A stretch of DNA of 45,218 nucleotides from a candidate division WS1 bacterium (GTDB taxonomy: Bacteria; Armatimonadota; Zipacnadia; Zipacnadales; Zipacnadaceae): the NCBI GenBank assembly GCA_012523355.1, contig JAAYIR010000045.1, positions 1-45,218 on the forward strand, in the 5' to 3' direction. Every line of letters starts with the position of its first letter. The first letter of the stretch is position 1. Both the position numbers and the translations under genes were made by a program. This document shows positions 8,702-18,167 of the stretch, piece by piece. The notes under the pieces are model-generated. The model saw only the letters and a program-made list of their open reading frames with translations, was not told the origin of the DNA and ran no database searches.

Positions 8702-9154
8702 ATGGCAAGGATAACGGATGAGGACTTGCGCTGGTTGCTGGAGCTTCTCCAGCAGGAGGCCTTAGCCGAGATCGAGGTGCACGAGGGCGAGGAGGAGGTT
8801 CTGCTGCGCGGCACCTTGGGTCTCCCCCCCGCGGGGGTGGCCTTCCCACCGTTAGCGCCTGCCCCGCCCCCGCCCGCTGGCGCAGGGGCCCTGGAGCTCA
8901 CGGAGAATCAGATCCCGGTGCTTTCGCCGATGGCGGGGGTCTTCTACGTGGCACCTTCTCCCGGCGCAGCCCCTTTCGTCAAGGTCGGTGACCATGTGGA
9001 ACATGGCGACACCGTTGGCCTGGTGGAGGCCATGAAGCTGTTCAGCGAGGTCCCGGCCCCCACCTCGGGCACCGTCATTCGCTTCCTGGTACAGAATGAG
9101 GAGACCGTGGAAGCCGACCAGTGCCTGATGGTCATCGAGCGTAGCCGACACTAG
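8702..9154 (+). CDS. accB: Biotin carboxyl carrier protein
   Basis: SPMAGVFY, EAMKL biotinylation motif, Pro/Ala linker. Confidence 0.9.
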   Translation: MARITDEDLRWLLELLQQEALAEIEVHEGEEEVLLRGTLGLPPAGVAFPPLAPAPPPPAGAGALELTENQIPVLSPMAGVFYVAPSPGAAPFVKVGDHVEHGDTVGLVEAMKLFSEVPAPTSGTVIRFLVQNEETVEADQCLMVIERSRH

Positions 9155-9258
9155 GCCCTGTCTGCGGGGCGCGTCTGACTGCCGTCCATGGCAAGACGAC
9201 ATTCGCCGGCCTTGGTTGACTGCGTATCCCCCATTCTGTCCTGGAGAGCGTGAGCAGC

Positions 9259-10545
9259 ATGAATCACGAGATACGTGTCGGCATCCTGGGTTGTGGAGTC
9301 GTCGGCTGTGGCACTTACCAGGTGTTACAGGACAACGCGGAACAGATCTCCCGCGTGACGGGTGCGCGGCTGCAGGTGGTGCGGGTGGCCGATCTTGACT
9401 GGAAACGCGAGCGGCCCGTGGAGATTCCCCCAGAGCTACAGACCAGCGAAAGCATGGCTCTGGCCACGGCCGAGGACATAGACGTGCTTGTCGAGACTAT
9501 GGGGGGGATACATCCCGCAAAGGAACTGGTGCTGGCGGCCATTGGAGCGGGGAAGAGCGTCGTTACCTCCAATAAGGAGTTGATGGCCAGACACGGCGCC
9601 GAGATACTGGAGGCGGCGGCCCGGCAAGGAGTGGACGTCCAGTTCGAAGGAGCTGCGGGGGGCGTGATCCCCATCGTCCGGTCGCTGAAGGAGAGCCTGG
9701 CGGCCTGTCGACTAGAGAAGGTGCTGGGCATCGTCAACGGCACCACAAACTACATCCTGACTCGCATGAGCGAGGAGGGACGGCCCTTCAAGGAGGTCCT
9801 GGCGCAGGCGCAAGCCCTGGGCTATGCAGAGGCCGATCCAACCGCAGACGTGGAAGGCCTTGACGCAGCTAATAAACTCGCGATCCTCGCCGCCGTGGCC
9901 TTTGGGGGGCGCATTCGCGTGGAGGAGATCTTCCGGGAGGGAATCAGCAGTATCTCTCCCGTGGACCTAGACTATGCGCGGCGGGTAGGCAAGGTGGTCA
10001 AGCTGCTGGCGATTGGGCAGCGTGCAGGGGAACGCGTCGAGGTGCGCGTTCATCCAGCCATGTTGCCCCGAAGCCATCCCCTGGCGGCGGTGAACGGGGT
10101 CTTCAACGCCATCTTCGTGGAGGGACCGGAGTGCGGGGAGGTCATGCTTTTTGGGCGAGGGGCGGGCTCTCTGCCGACCGGTGCGGCAGTGGCAGGGGAC
10201 GTAGTTGACTGCGCGCGCAATCTCCTAACCGGGGCCCGCGGACGGGTCCCTTGCCGGTGTGAGGGGCAAGCCCAGGTGGTTCCCATGGCGGAGATCGAGT
10301 CCTCGCTCTACGTCCGCACGCAGGTGCTGGATCGTCCCGGAGTGCTGGGGGCGATGGCGATGGAGTTTGGGCGGGAGCAGGTCAGTATCGGCTCGGTCAT
10401 TCAGGAATCCACGGACGGCAAGGTCGCGGAGATTGTCTGGATTCTGCACAGCACACCGGAGGGCCGCTTGCAGAAAGCCCTGGACGCCATCAAGGCACTG
10501 GACGTTGTCGTGGAGATCAGCAGCGTCATTCGAGTGTTGGGGTAG
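9259..10545 (+). CDS. hom: Homoserine dehydrogenase with C-terminal ACT domain
   Basis: GCGVVG, VVTSNK, GIVNGTTNYIL, GYAEADPTADVEG, DRPGVL; alternative GTG start at 9250. Confidence 0.96.
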   Translation: MNHEIRVGILGCGVVGCGTYQVLQDNAEQISRVTGARLQVVRVADLDWKRERPVEIPPELQTSESMALATAEDIDVLVETMGGIHPAKELVLAAIGAGKSVVTSNKELMARHGAEILEAAARQGVDVQFEGAAGGVIPIVRSLKESLAACRLEKVLGIVNGTTNYILTRMSEEGRPFKEVLAQAQALGYAEADPTADVEGLDAANKLAILAAVAFGGRIRVEEIFREGISSISPVDLDYARRVGKVVKLLAIGQRAGERVEVRVHPAMLPRSHPLAAVNGVFNAIFVEGPECGEVMLFGRGAGSLPTGAAVAGDVVDCARNLLTGARGRVPCRCEGQAQVVPMAEIESSLYVRTQVLDRPGVLGAMAMEFGREQVSIGSVIQESTDGKVAEIVWILHSTPEGRLQKALDAIKALDVVVEISSVIRVLG

Positions 10546-10552
10546 GTGTGCT

Positions 10553-11626
10553 ATGTCGAGTTCACGATACCCCTGGCCAGGCGTGATAGAGTATTACAGC
10601 GACTTCCTGCCGGTGTCCGATGCGACTCCGCGCGTGACGCTGCTGGAGGGCAATACGCCACTGATCCCGTCGGTCAGTATCGGCCCTTCCCTACCGGGGA
10701 AGCTGGAGCTGTGGTTCAAGTACGAGGGCGTGAACCCCACGGGTTCCTTCAAGGACCGGGGCATGACCATGGCTATCTCCAAGGCCGCTGAGGCGGGCGC
10801 GAAAGCCACCATGTGCGCCTCGACCGGGAATACTTCGGCGGCGGCAGCGGCCTACAGCACCCGCGCGGGGATGCTGTCCATCGTGCTTATCCCGGCAGGC
10901 TACGTGGCACTGGGGAAGCTAGCCCAGGCCCTGTCCTATGGAGCGCGAACGATTCAGGTAGACGGGAACTTCGACGACTGCCTGCGGCTGGTGCGCGAGA
11001 TTACCGACAAGTATCCGGTGGTGCTGGTCAACTCGCTGAATCCCTACCGGATGGATGGACAGAAGACCGCAGCCTTCGAGGTCTGCGACGCGCTGGGGGA
11101 GGCGCCCGCCTATCACGCGTTGCCGGTGGGGAACGCCGGTAACATCACCGCCTACTGGTGGGGCTACAAGGACTACCAGGAGCGAGGAATCACCGAGCGC
11201 ACGCCGCGCATGCTGGGCTTTCAGGCGGCGGGCGCAGCGCCGCTAGTGAGCGGGGAGCCGGTGTCGAAGCCGGAGACCGTGGCCACCGCCATTCGCATCG
11301 GCAATCCCGCGCGTTGGCAGGACGCCATGAAGGCGGTCAAGGAGTCGGACGGGATCCTCCGCGCGGTCACGGACGAAGAGATTCTCGCGGTCTACCAGGA
11401 GCTCGCGGCGAAGGAAGGCATATTCTGCGAGCCGGCCAGCGCGGCCTCGGTGGCAGGAGTTATGAAGGTGGCCGCCGAAGGGTTCTTTGGTGAGGAATCG
11501 GCGACGGTCGTCTGCACGCTAACCGGCCACGGGCTCAAGGACCCCGACCGGGCGGTGTCTCTGGCCCAGGAACCCGAAGAGGCTCCGGCAGAGACAAAGG
11601 CGATTGTGGAGATGTTGGGGTTCTGA
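10553..11626 (+). CDS. thrC: Threonine synthase
   Basis: EGNTPL, NPTGSFKDRG (PLP lysine), ASTGNTS, PVGNAGN, TGHGLKDP. Confidence 0.97.
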   Translation: MSSSRYPWPGVIEYYSDFLPVSDATPRVTLLEGNTPLIPSVSIGPSLPGKLELWFKYEGVNPTGSFKDRGMTMAISKAAEAGAKATMCASTGNTSAAAAAYSTRAGMLSIVLIPAGYVALGKLAQALSYGARTIQVDGNFDDCLRLVREITDKYPVVLVNSLNPYRMDGQKTAAFEVCDALGEAPAYHALPVGNAGNITAYWWGYKDYQERGITERTPRMLGFQAAGAAPLVSGEPVSKPETVATAIRIGNPARWQDAMKAVKESDGILRAVTDEEILAVYQELAAKEGIFCEPASAASVAGVMKVAAEGFFGEESATVVCTLTGHGLKDPDRAVSLAQEPEEAPAETKAIVEMLGF

Positions 11627-11627
11627 A

Positions 11628-11716
11628 GACTCACCCCGCCCTGCTGCGCAGGGCGACGCTCCCTTTGAAAAGGAGGGTGCGCCGCAGACGGCGTGCAGAA
11701 GACGACTCGGACCCCA
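11628..11716. repeat. REP-like triple-hairpin repeat, copy A
   Basis: Near-identical direct repeat of 12100-12187. Confidence 0.9.
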
Positions 11717-11718
11717 GG

Positions 11719-12318
11719 ATGAGTCAGCCAACCGGCAAGGTGGTCATCGTCTCGATTGACCGCGAACGTTATCTGGCTCTGCGGGAACGCGCCCGAGAAA
11801 TGAGGCGGGAGCCCACGCTGGCTGAAGCCGCGCTCTGGAAGCGTCTGCGGAACGGCCGACTGGGTAGATGGCACTTTGAGCGTCAGTTTGTGGTTGGGGA
11901 GTTTATCGTTGATTTCTACTGCCATGCGGCGCGGCTAGTGGTGGAGGTGGATGGCCCGGTTCACGACCATCAGACCGAACGTGACGAGGACCGGGATGCT
12001 ACTCTCGTATCGCAAGGGTTGCGGGTTCTGCGCTTTCCGAATGAGCGGGTGCTGAGGGACATCTGCGCGATCTTGAGCGAGATTCGGCGGGCCGCAGAGG
12101 ACTCTCCCCGCCCTGCTGTGCAGGGCGACCCTCCCTTGAAAGGGAGGGTGCGCTGCAGACAGCGCGCAGAGAACGACTCGGAGCCAGAGCAGGTTTTGCT
12201 GGAGGAATCCGCAGCGCGCGTACTCGCGCGCTACCCTCCCTTCCAAGGGAGGGTCGGCAGCGTCCGCGCTGCCGGGGTGAGTCCCCGGCGGAGACGAAGG
12301 CGATTGTGGAGTTGCTAG
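11719..12318 (+). CDS. DUF559 / Vsr-like endonuclease domain protein
   Basis: PTLAEAALWKRLR, FERQ, FIVDFYC, LVVEVDGPVH, RDEDRD, GLRVLRFPN; the C-terminal ~70 aa are translated repeat sequence. Confidence 0.92.
   Translation: MSQPTGKVVIVSIDRERYLALRERAREMRREPTLAEAALWKRLRNGRLGRWHFERQFVVGEFIVDFYCHAARLVVEVDGPVHDHQTERDEDRDATLVSQGLRVLRFPNERVLRDICAILSEIRRAAEDSPRPAVQGDPPLKGRVRCRQRAENDSEPEQVLLEESAARVLARYPPFQGRVGSVRAAGVSPRRRRRRLWSC
12100..12187. repeat. REP-like triple-hairpin repeat, copy B (direct)
   Basis: GACTCTCCCCGCCCTGCTGTGCAGGGCGACCCTCCCTTGAAAGGGAGGGTGCGCTGCAGACAGCG...GACTCGGA. Confidence 0.9.
12233..12283. repeat. REP-like double-hairpin repeat, copy C (inverted)
   Basis: Reverse complement reads GACTCACCCCGGCAGCGCGGACGCTGCCGACCCTCCCTTGGAAGGGAGGGT. 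Confidence 0.9.
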
Positions 12319-12371
12319 GCCTGGCGCAGATGCCCTTAGGAACGGGTGAAACAGATGGACGATTCTCCTGA
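12285..12371 (+). pseudogene. Displaced duplicate of the thrC 3' end
   Basis: Translates PAETKAIVELLGLAQ...FS* versus thrC PAETKAIVEMLGF*; 30/36 nt identical. Confidence 0.75.
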
Positions 12372-13245
12372 AAAGGCAATTCTGTACACTGACCTGCCGG
12401 GGGCTTTGAGTCGGCGGTTTGGGAAGGTGCGCGATATCTATGACTACGGCGATTGTCTGCTCATCGTCGCCACCGACCGCATCTCCGCCTTCGACTGCGT
12501 CATGCCCAACGGCATCCCCGGCAAGGGGAAGATCCTCACCGCGCTCTCCAAGTTCTGGTTCGACAAGACACAGCATATCATCCCCAACCACATCATCTCC
12601 ATGGACCCCGCGGACTTTCCGGAGCCCGCCCAGGAATCAGCGGACTTGCTGGAAGGGCGCACGATGATGGTCCAGAAGGCCGAGGTGGTGCCGGTGGAGT
12701 GTGTGGTGCGCGGATACCTGGCCGGGTCAGGGTGGAAGTCGTATCAGGAGACCGGCGAGGTCTGCGGACATAAGCTCCCGCCGGGCCTGCAACTCTCCGA
12801 CCGCCTGCCTGAGCCGCTCTTCACCCCCTCCACCAAGGCCGAATCGGGACACGATGAGAATATCTCCTACGCGCAGGCCGCGGAGATTGTGGGACAGGAG
12901 ATAGCCGATCAGCTCCAGGAGAAGTCGTTGGCGCTGTATAACTTCGCCAACGGGTACCTCACCACGCGGCGGCTGATGATTGCGGATACCAAGTATGAAT
13001 TTGGCCTGCTGGACGGCAAGCTGATCGTGATCGATGAGATGATGACGCCGGACTCCTCCCGCTACTGGGACACGGACAAGTATCAGTCTGGTCGCGCGCA
13101 GGAGGCCATGGACAAGCAGTACGTGCGCGATTACCTGGAGACGCTGGACTGGAACAAAGAGCCCCCGGCGCCGGAGCTGCCGCCGGAGGTGGTGGCGGAG
13201 ACAAGGCGGATCTATGAAGAGGCCCTGCGCCGCGTCACCGGTTGA
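12355..13245 (+). CDS. purC: SAICAR synthetase
   Basis: GKVRDIY, ATDRISAFD, PVECVVRGYLAGSGW, IADTKYEFG, TPDSSRYW, DKQYVRDYL; alternative GTG start at 12346. Confidence 0.97.
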   Translation: MDDSPEKAILYTDLPGALSRRFGKVRDIYDYGDCLLIVATDRISAFDCVMPNGIPGKGKILTALSKFWFDKTQHIIPNHIISMDPADFPEPAQESADLLEGRTMMVQKAEVVPVECVVRGYLAGSGWKSYQETGEVCGHKLPPGLQLSDRLPEPLFTPSTKAESGHDENISYAQAAEIVGQEIADQLQEKSLALYNFANGYLTTRRLMIADTKYEFGLLDGKLIVIDEMMTPDSSRYWDTDKYQSGRAQEAMDKQYVRDYLETLDWNKEPPAPELPPEVVAETRRIYEEALRRVTG

Positions 13246-14659
13246 GCGCCTGCGGGAGCGCTTTGAGGAGGCCAACGGACGCTACGGTCTGCTGGCTGAG
13301 GGAACGTCGGTGCTGGTGGCGGTCAGCGGGGGATCGGACTCCGTGGCTCTGCTGCACCTGCTCCATACTCTCTGCGAGGAGCTCTCACTCACCCTGGGCG
13401 TGGCGCACCTGGACCACGGCATCCGCGTCGCGGAGTCCAGGGCAGAGGCGCGGTACGTCGGGGCCATGGCCAAGCGCCTGGGCCTGCCAATGTATGCAGG
13501 CCGAGGAGACACGCTGCGGCACACGACAGAGCACGGACTGTCCCTGGAGATGGCCGCGCGAGAAATTCGCTATGCCTTTCTGGAGCAAGTGTGCACGCAG
13601 CAAGGCTACGAACGTATCGCCCTGGGGCACACCGCCAGTGACCGCGTGGAGAACACCCTCCTGCATATCCTGAAGGGAAGCGGGCTGCATGGTCTGCGCG
13701 GTATGCCTGCTCGCCGCGGCAGCATCATTCGTCCACTGATCACCGCCTGGCGCCGTGAGACTGAGGCATATTGCCGGGCACGGAGGCTTCGCCCGCGACA
13801 AGACCTCACTAACCTCCAGCCGGAGGCGGCGCTCCGTAATCGCCTGCGGCATGAACTTCTGCCTCTTCTGCGAGAACAATACAACCCCGCTCTGGACAAA
13901 GCCCTGCTGCGCCTGGCCGAGGCCGCGGAGGCCGAGTTGGAATGGACTGAGCCGCTCGTCGAGCAGACCTATGAGCGCTTGGCGATACCGACCCAGGAGG
14001 GGATAGCGATGAACCTGGCGGGGTTGCGAGGCCTGGCCTGCGGACTGCGTTACCGAATCTGGCGCGAAGCCTGGGAGGCGCTGCGCAGGACCGGCACTGA
14101 CCTGACCTCAGTCCATTATGAAGCGTTAGAGCATTTGCTGTGGGAATCCGACACCGGCAGGAGAGCGTCTCTCCCGGAAGACATGGAGGGTGAAAAGGGG
14201 TATAATGAGATAGTCCTGGGCCGGGGCCTGGCAAGGCCGGACCGCTCAGCCGATTGGCACGAGCAGGTCTTGCCCCCTGGCGGAGAGGCGCGAATCCCGG
14301 AACTTGGCCTGTCTGTCAAGGCCAGACTGCTGTCAAAGCGCCCCACAGACCTGGGGGCGGCGCGCAAGAGGCGCATTGTAGTGGATGCCGACCGGGTATG
14401 TTGGCCTCTGTGTGTGCGTGCATGGCAACCCGGGGACGTAATGGTGCCACTGGGGATGATGGGACATAAGAAGCTGCAAGACATCTTCGTGGATCACAAG
14501 GTGCCGGTGGACCGCCGCCGGACGCTCCCAGTGATAACGGAGAGCGGCGGAGAGATCATCTGGGTCGTGGAATTGGGAATGGCCGATGGCTTCCGCGTCA
14601 GTAAGGACACGCAAAACTACCTGCAACTGACGGTCTGTGACAGTGGGGAATGTGAGTAG
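13214..14659 (+). CDS. tilS: tRNA(Ile)-lysidine synthetase
   Basis: AVSGGSDS PP-loop, HLDHGIR, EMAAREIRY, RNRLRHELLP, C-terminal KKLQDIFVDHKVP; start uncertain. Confidence 0.95.
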   Translation: MKRPCAASPVERLRERFEEANGRYGLLAEGTSVLVAVSGGSDSVALLHLLHTLCEELSLTLGVAHLDHGIRVAESRAEARYVGAMAKRLGLPMYAGRGDTLRHTTEHGLSLEMAAREIRYAFLEQVCTQQGYERIALGHTASDRVENTLLHILKGSGLHGLRGMPARRGSIIRPLITAWRRETEAYCRARRLRPRQDLTNLQPEAALRNRLRHELLPLLREQYNPALDKALLRLAEAAEAELEWTEPLVEQTYERLAIPTQEGIAMNLAGLRGLACGLRYRIWREAWEALRRTGTDLTSVHYEALEHLLWESDTGRRASLPEDMEGEKGYNEIVLGRGLARPDRSADWHEQVLPPGGEARIPELGLSVKARLLSKRPTDLGAARKRRIVVDADRVCWPLCVRAWQPGDVMVPLGMMGHKKLQDIFVDHKVPVDRRRTLPVITESGGEIIWVVELGMADGFRVSKDTQNYLQLTVCDSGECE

Positions 14660-14670
14660 AGAATAGACCT

Positions 14671-16632
14671 ATGCGAAGATACAACGTTCTGGTTTGGGTG
14701 CTACTGATTCTGGCGGGAACCGCCATGCTCTGGGTCATTGGGAACCAGAGGAGTCAAGCCCAAACCGAAAAGGTGTACACTTACTACACTGACTTCCTGG
14801 CGGACGTGGAGGCGGGGAAGATCACCACGGTGGTTATCTACGGTGGTCAGCGTGCCGGTGGGGACTTCGTGCCCGAGGCTTTCCCGGATACGGCCTACAA
14901 GACCTATACGGTGGACTTGCCCCCGGACCCGGAACTGGCCGAGAAACTCTCCAAGATGGCCCCCGGCGTGAAGGTGCGGCTGGCACCGGTGACCTTCGCC
15001 GACCGGCTGCCGGATCTCCTCATCTCCGCCATCCCCTTCCTGCTGTTGATGTTCATTGTCTGGATGGTCATCGCCCGTCAAATGCGCATGAGCGGTGGGC
15101 AAGCCTTCGATTTTGGGCGCAGCCAGGCCAAGCTTCTCGGTGAGAACTTTCACCGGGTGACTTTCAGTGATGTAGCGGGGATGACCGAAGTCAAGGAGGA
15201 GCTGCAGGAGATCGTGGAGTTCTTGCGTGACCCCGAGCGCTTTCGGGCCATCGGGGCCAAGATTCCCCGCGGAGTGCTCCTGGTGGGTCCACCAGGCTGT
15301 GGCAAGACGCTGCTAGCTCGAGCGGTGGCCGGAGAGGCCGGGGTGTCTTTCTTCTATATCAGTGGTTCGGACTTCGTGGAGATGTTTGTGGGCGTCGGGG
15401 CCTCACGAGTGCGGGATCTGTTTACGCAGGCTAAACAACACCTGCCCGCGATCATCTTCATTGATGAGTTGGATGCGGTAGGCCGTCTCCGCGGCGCAGG
15501 CCTAGGCGGAGGGCACGATGAGCGAGAACAGACACTGAACGCCTTGCTCGTGGAGATGGACGGGTTCGATCCCAACTCGGATATCATAATCCTGGCGGCG
15601 ACCAACCGTCCGGATATCCTGGACCCGGCCCTCCTGAGGCCGGGGCGGTTCGACCGTCACGTCGTGGTGCCTAACCCTGACCGTAACGAGCGCAAGGCCA
15701 TCCTGGACCTCTACCTCCAGGATAAACCCATTACCCCAGAGGTAGATGCGGAGAGCCTAGCCAAACGGACTCCCGGGTTCTCCGGCGCCGACCTGGAAAG
15801 CCTGGTCAACGAGGGGGCGTTGCTGGCGGCCCGTCGGCATCTCAAGCAGATTGGAATGCAGGAGCTGGATGAGGCCATCGAGCGCGTCATGGCCGGTCCG
15901 GAGCGGCGCAATCGAGTGATCACGGAGAAGGAGCGCCGGATTGTGGCCTACCACGAGGCGGGCCATGCGCTGATCGGGACCCTACTTCCCGACTTTGACA
16001 GGACCTACAAAGTCACCATCCTGCCCCGGGGCATGGCGATGGGCTATACGATCAATCTCCCCGAGGAGGACCGCTACCTCAACACGCGCAGTGAACTGGT
16101 CAGCCGGATGATCCAGGCGCTGGGTGGCCGGGTCGCCGAGGAGGTTGTCTTCGGAGACGTGACCACGGGCGCGCATAACGATCTCGAGCGCGTCACCGAA
16201 GTCGCCCGGGAGATGGTGACCGAATACGGCATGAGTGAGAAGTTGGGGCCTATCACCTACGGCCGTCGCCACGGTCCCGTCTTCCTGGGCAAGGAGTTCG
16301 CTGAGGAACGCAACTACTCAGAGGACGCCGCAAGGCAAATAGATGCGGAGATCCGCAGTTTGGTGGATGACTGCTATGCGCGCGCCCGAGAGATGATCAC
16401 GGAACACCGGGACAAGCTGGACCTCCTGGCAGAGAACCTCCTGGACCGGGAGACCCTAACGCAAGAGGAAGTGGAGGCTCTAGTCCGGGAAGGACGCCTG
16501 CCCACGCCTCCACCCGCGCCCGCAGAGCCCGCGTCGCCCGGCAGAGAGCGGACCGGCGTCGTGGCAGAGACACCGACGGAGGCCAAACCTCGCGGCGCCA
16601 GCCTGCCTCCCCCCATTCCGGAATCGCCTTAG
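14671..16632 (+). CDS. ftsH: ATP-dependent zinc metalloprotease FtsH
   Basis: Two TM segments, [41 protein letters not shown]. Confidence 0.98.
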   Translation: MRRYNVLVWVLLILAGTAMLWVIGNQRSQAQTEKVYTYYTDFLADVEAGKITTVVIYGGQRAGGDFVPEAFPDTAYKTYTVDLPPDPELAEKLSKMAPGVKVRLAPVTFADRLPDLLISAIPFLLLMFIVWMVIARQMRMSGGQAFDFGRSQAKLLGENFHRVTFSDVAGMTEVKEELQEIVEFLRDPERFRAIGAKIPRGVLLVGPPGCGKTLLARAVAGEAGVSFFYISGSDFVEMFVGVGASRVRDLFTQAKQHLPAIIFIDELDAVGRLRGAGLGGGHDEREQTLNALLVEMDGFDPNSDIIILAATNRPDILDPALLRPGRFDRHVVVPNPDRNERKAILDLYLQDKPITPEVDAESLAKRTPGFSGADLESLVNEGALLAARRHLKQIGMQELDEAIERVMAGPERRNRVITEKERRIVAYHEAGHALIGTLLPDFDRTYKVTILPRGMAMGYTINLPEEDRYLNTRSELVSRMIQALGGRVAEEVVFGDVTTGAHNDLERVTEVAREMVTEYGMSEKLGPITYGRRHGPVFLGKEFAEERNYSEDAARQIDAEIRSLVDDCYARAREMITEHRDKLDLLAENLLDRETLTQEEVEALVREGRLPTPPPAPAEPASPGRERTGVVAETPTEAKPRGASLPPPIPESP

Positions 16633-16645
16633 CAGACCCGTAAGC

Positions 16646-17152
16646 ATGGCTTCCGCCTCAGAGACCACATGTTACCTCAGCCTGGGCAGTAACCTGGGAG
16701 ACCGGGCCGAGAATCTGCTTACGGCCTTAAGGCGCCTGGGTTCACTAGCGGGGGTGCGCATTGAGCGCCTGTCCTCGCTGTATGACACAACCCCCGTTGG
16801 AGTTACTGAGCAGCCACGTTTCTTGAATATGGTAGCCGAGCTTCGCGTACAGCTGCCGGCGCGCGAGTTGCTGGCGGCTTGCCAGCGGATTGAGCGGGAG
16901 CTGGGACGCGATCGTCAGCAGCGCTGGGGCCCTCGCACGCTTGACCTGGACTTGTTGCTGTATGGCAAGGCGCGCTCGGACGATCCGCAACTAGTTCTTC
17001 CCCATCCGCGTATGACCGAGCGGCAATTCGTCCTGGTCCCGCTCACTGAGATTGCGCCCGATCTAGTTCTCCCCGACGGCCGTACTGTGGCAGAAGCTGC
17101 CGACCCCCGGGACCCGAACGTCCGGCTTACGGGCCAGGTCTGTTTAGAATGA
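16646..17152 (+). CDS. folK: 6-hydroxymethyl-7,8-dihydropterin pyrophosphokinase
   Basis: LSLGSNLGDR, RWGPRTLDLDLL, LPHPRMTERQFVLVPL. Confidence 0.97.
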   Translation: MASASETTCYLSLGSNLGDRAENLLTALRRLGSLAGVRIERLSSLYDTTPVGVTEQPRFLNMVAELRVQLPARELLAACQRIERELGRDRQQRWGPRTLDLDLLLYGKARSDDPQLVLPHPRMTERQFVLVPLTEIAPDLVLPDGRTVAEAADPRDPNVRLTGQVCLE

Positions 17153-17211
17153 GTGCCCCGGCGCTGAGGGCCGAGGCACTTGCTGGTCTGACGTTTGGCG
17201 CAGAATCCACC

Positions 17212-18132
17212 CTAAGACATTTCTATCTTCACGTCGTTGGCCACGCCACCCAGGAGGGTGTAGTCAGTGCGCACCGTCTGGAGGATAGATCCAGGAACAA
17301 ACTTGTTCACGGGCCCGTGGGCTACCAGGCGGGCGATGAAGGCCTGCCAGGAGTAGCTTCCGGGAGGGCCGCACATGCCATCCAGCCAGAAGCTGCGATG
17401 CCGGGCGCCCAGGATGTCGGCTGGGCCGATGGTAGCCGCTTTCGGGGGCACCCAGGACCAGTCTCCCCCGAAGGAGTGCAGGGCGTTTTGCATGATGGTC
17501 ATGGGCGTCAGTTCCACGATCTGGGCTTTGGCCGCGCAGTACTCCTGGAGCGTGTCATAGTTGTGCCCCAAGCTGGACTCCCAGAAGGCGATGTGTCCGC
17601 ACCAGCCGATGCCGCCGTAACAGGCATCAGCGCCTCCCGCCTCAGCTATCATGTCGGAGTACTTGCTGATGTTGTCCGTGTTAGGAAAGTGAATGTTCTC
17701 GCTGGGAGGCCGCAGTTTCTCATCGATGCGGCCGAAGAAGTTAGCCCACATTGCCGTGGCGAAGGAACCCGCCCAGTCCGGCGGCGCAGTCTGCCCCTTC
17801 TCATCAGCGTACTCGTCCATATTGAAAGTCACCAGATGGTGACAATCCAGGCCGAGCTTGTTGATCAGCCGTGCGGCAATATCGTATTGCGGAAGAGGCC
17901 CTACGGGTAGGATGAAGACGCACTTGCGCCCCTCTTCAGCGGCTTGCCGGATCCGCGTGACGAGGTCCAGCGCGAACTCGGCATAGAAAGCCGTCTCCTC
18001 TTCAATCACCGAGATATGGAAGTCGGGATTCGGGTGCTCGCAGATGTGCTCCTGCGGGATCGCTCGTACCCGGGCACACACCTCCGGGTCCTGAAAGTCG
18101 ATGAACCGCGCTAAAGCAGGCATGAACGACAT
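17212..18132 (-). CDS. NagB-family glucosamine-6-phosphate deaminase/isomerase-like protein
   Basis: ILPVGP, TFNMDEY, GGIGWCGHIAFWE; GGAGGAG RBS; substrate uncertain. Confidence 0.8.
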   Translation of the reverse strand: MSFMPALARFIDFQDPEVCARVRAIPQEHICEHPNPDFHISVIEEETAFYAEFALDLVTRIRQAAEEGRKCVFILPVGPLPQYDIAARLINKLGLDCHHLVTFNMDEYADEKGQTAPPDWAGSFATAMWANFFGRIDEKLRPPSENIHFPNTDNISKYSDMIAEAGGADACYGGIGWCGHIAFWESSLGHNYDTLQEYCAAKAQIVELTPMTIMQNALHSFGGDWSWVPPKAATIGPADILGARHRSFWLDGMCGPPGSYSWQAFIARLVAHGPVNKFVPGSILQTVRTDYTLLGGVANDVKIEMS

Positions 18133-18167
18133 CGAAATCTCCTCCCCTTGAGAGTGATGTGAGGTTC

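Larger units (their letters stand above)
11585..12320. mobile_element. Putative DUF559 endonuclease cassette inserted at the thrC 3' end
   Basis: Terminal inverted GACTCACCCC...GGGGTGAGTC (11628 / 12283), nuclease ORF inside, and a 36-bp thrC 3' duplicate at 11585-11620 vs 12285-12320. Confidence 0.65.

Noticed and set aside
11628-12283. Repeats as a CRISPR array or classical IS
   Set aside because: Only three irregularly spaced copies in mixed orientation, no cas genes, and no DDE or HUH transposase motifs.
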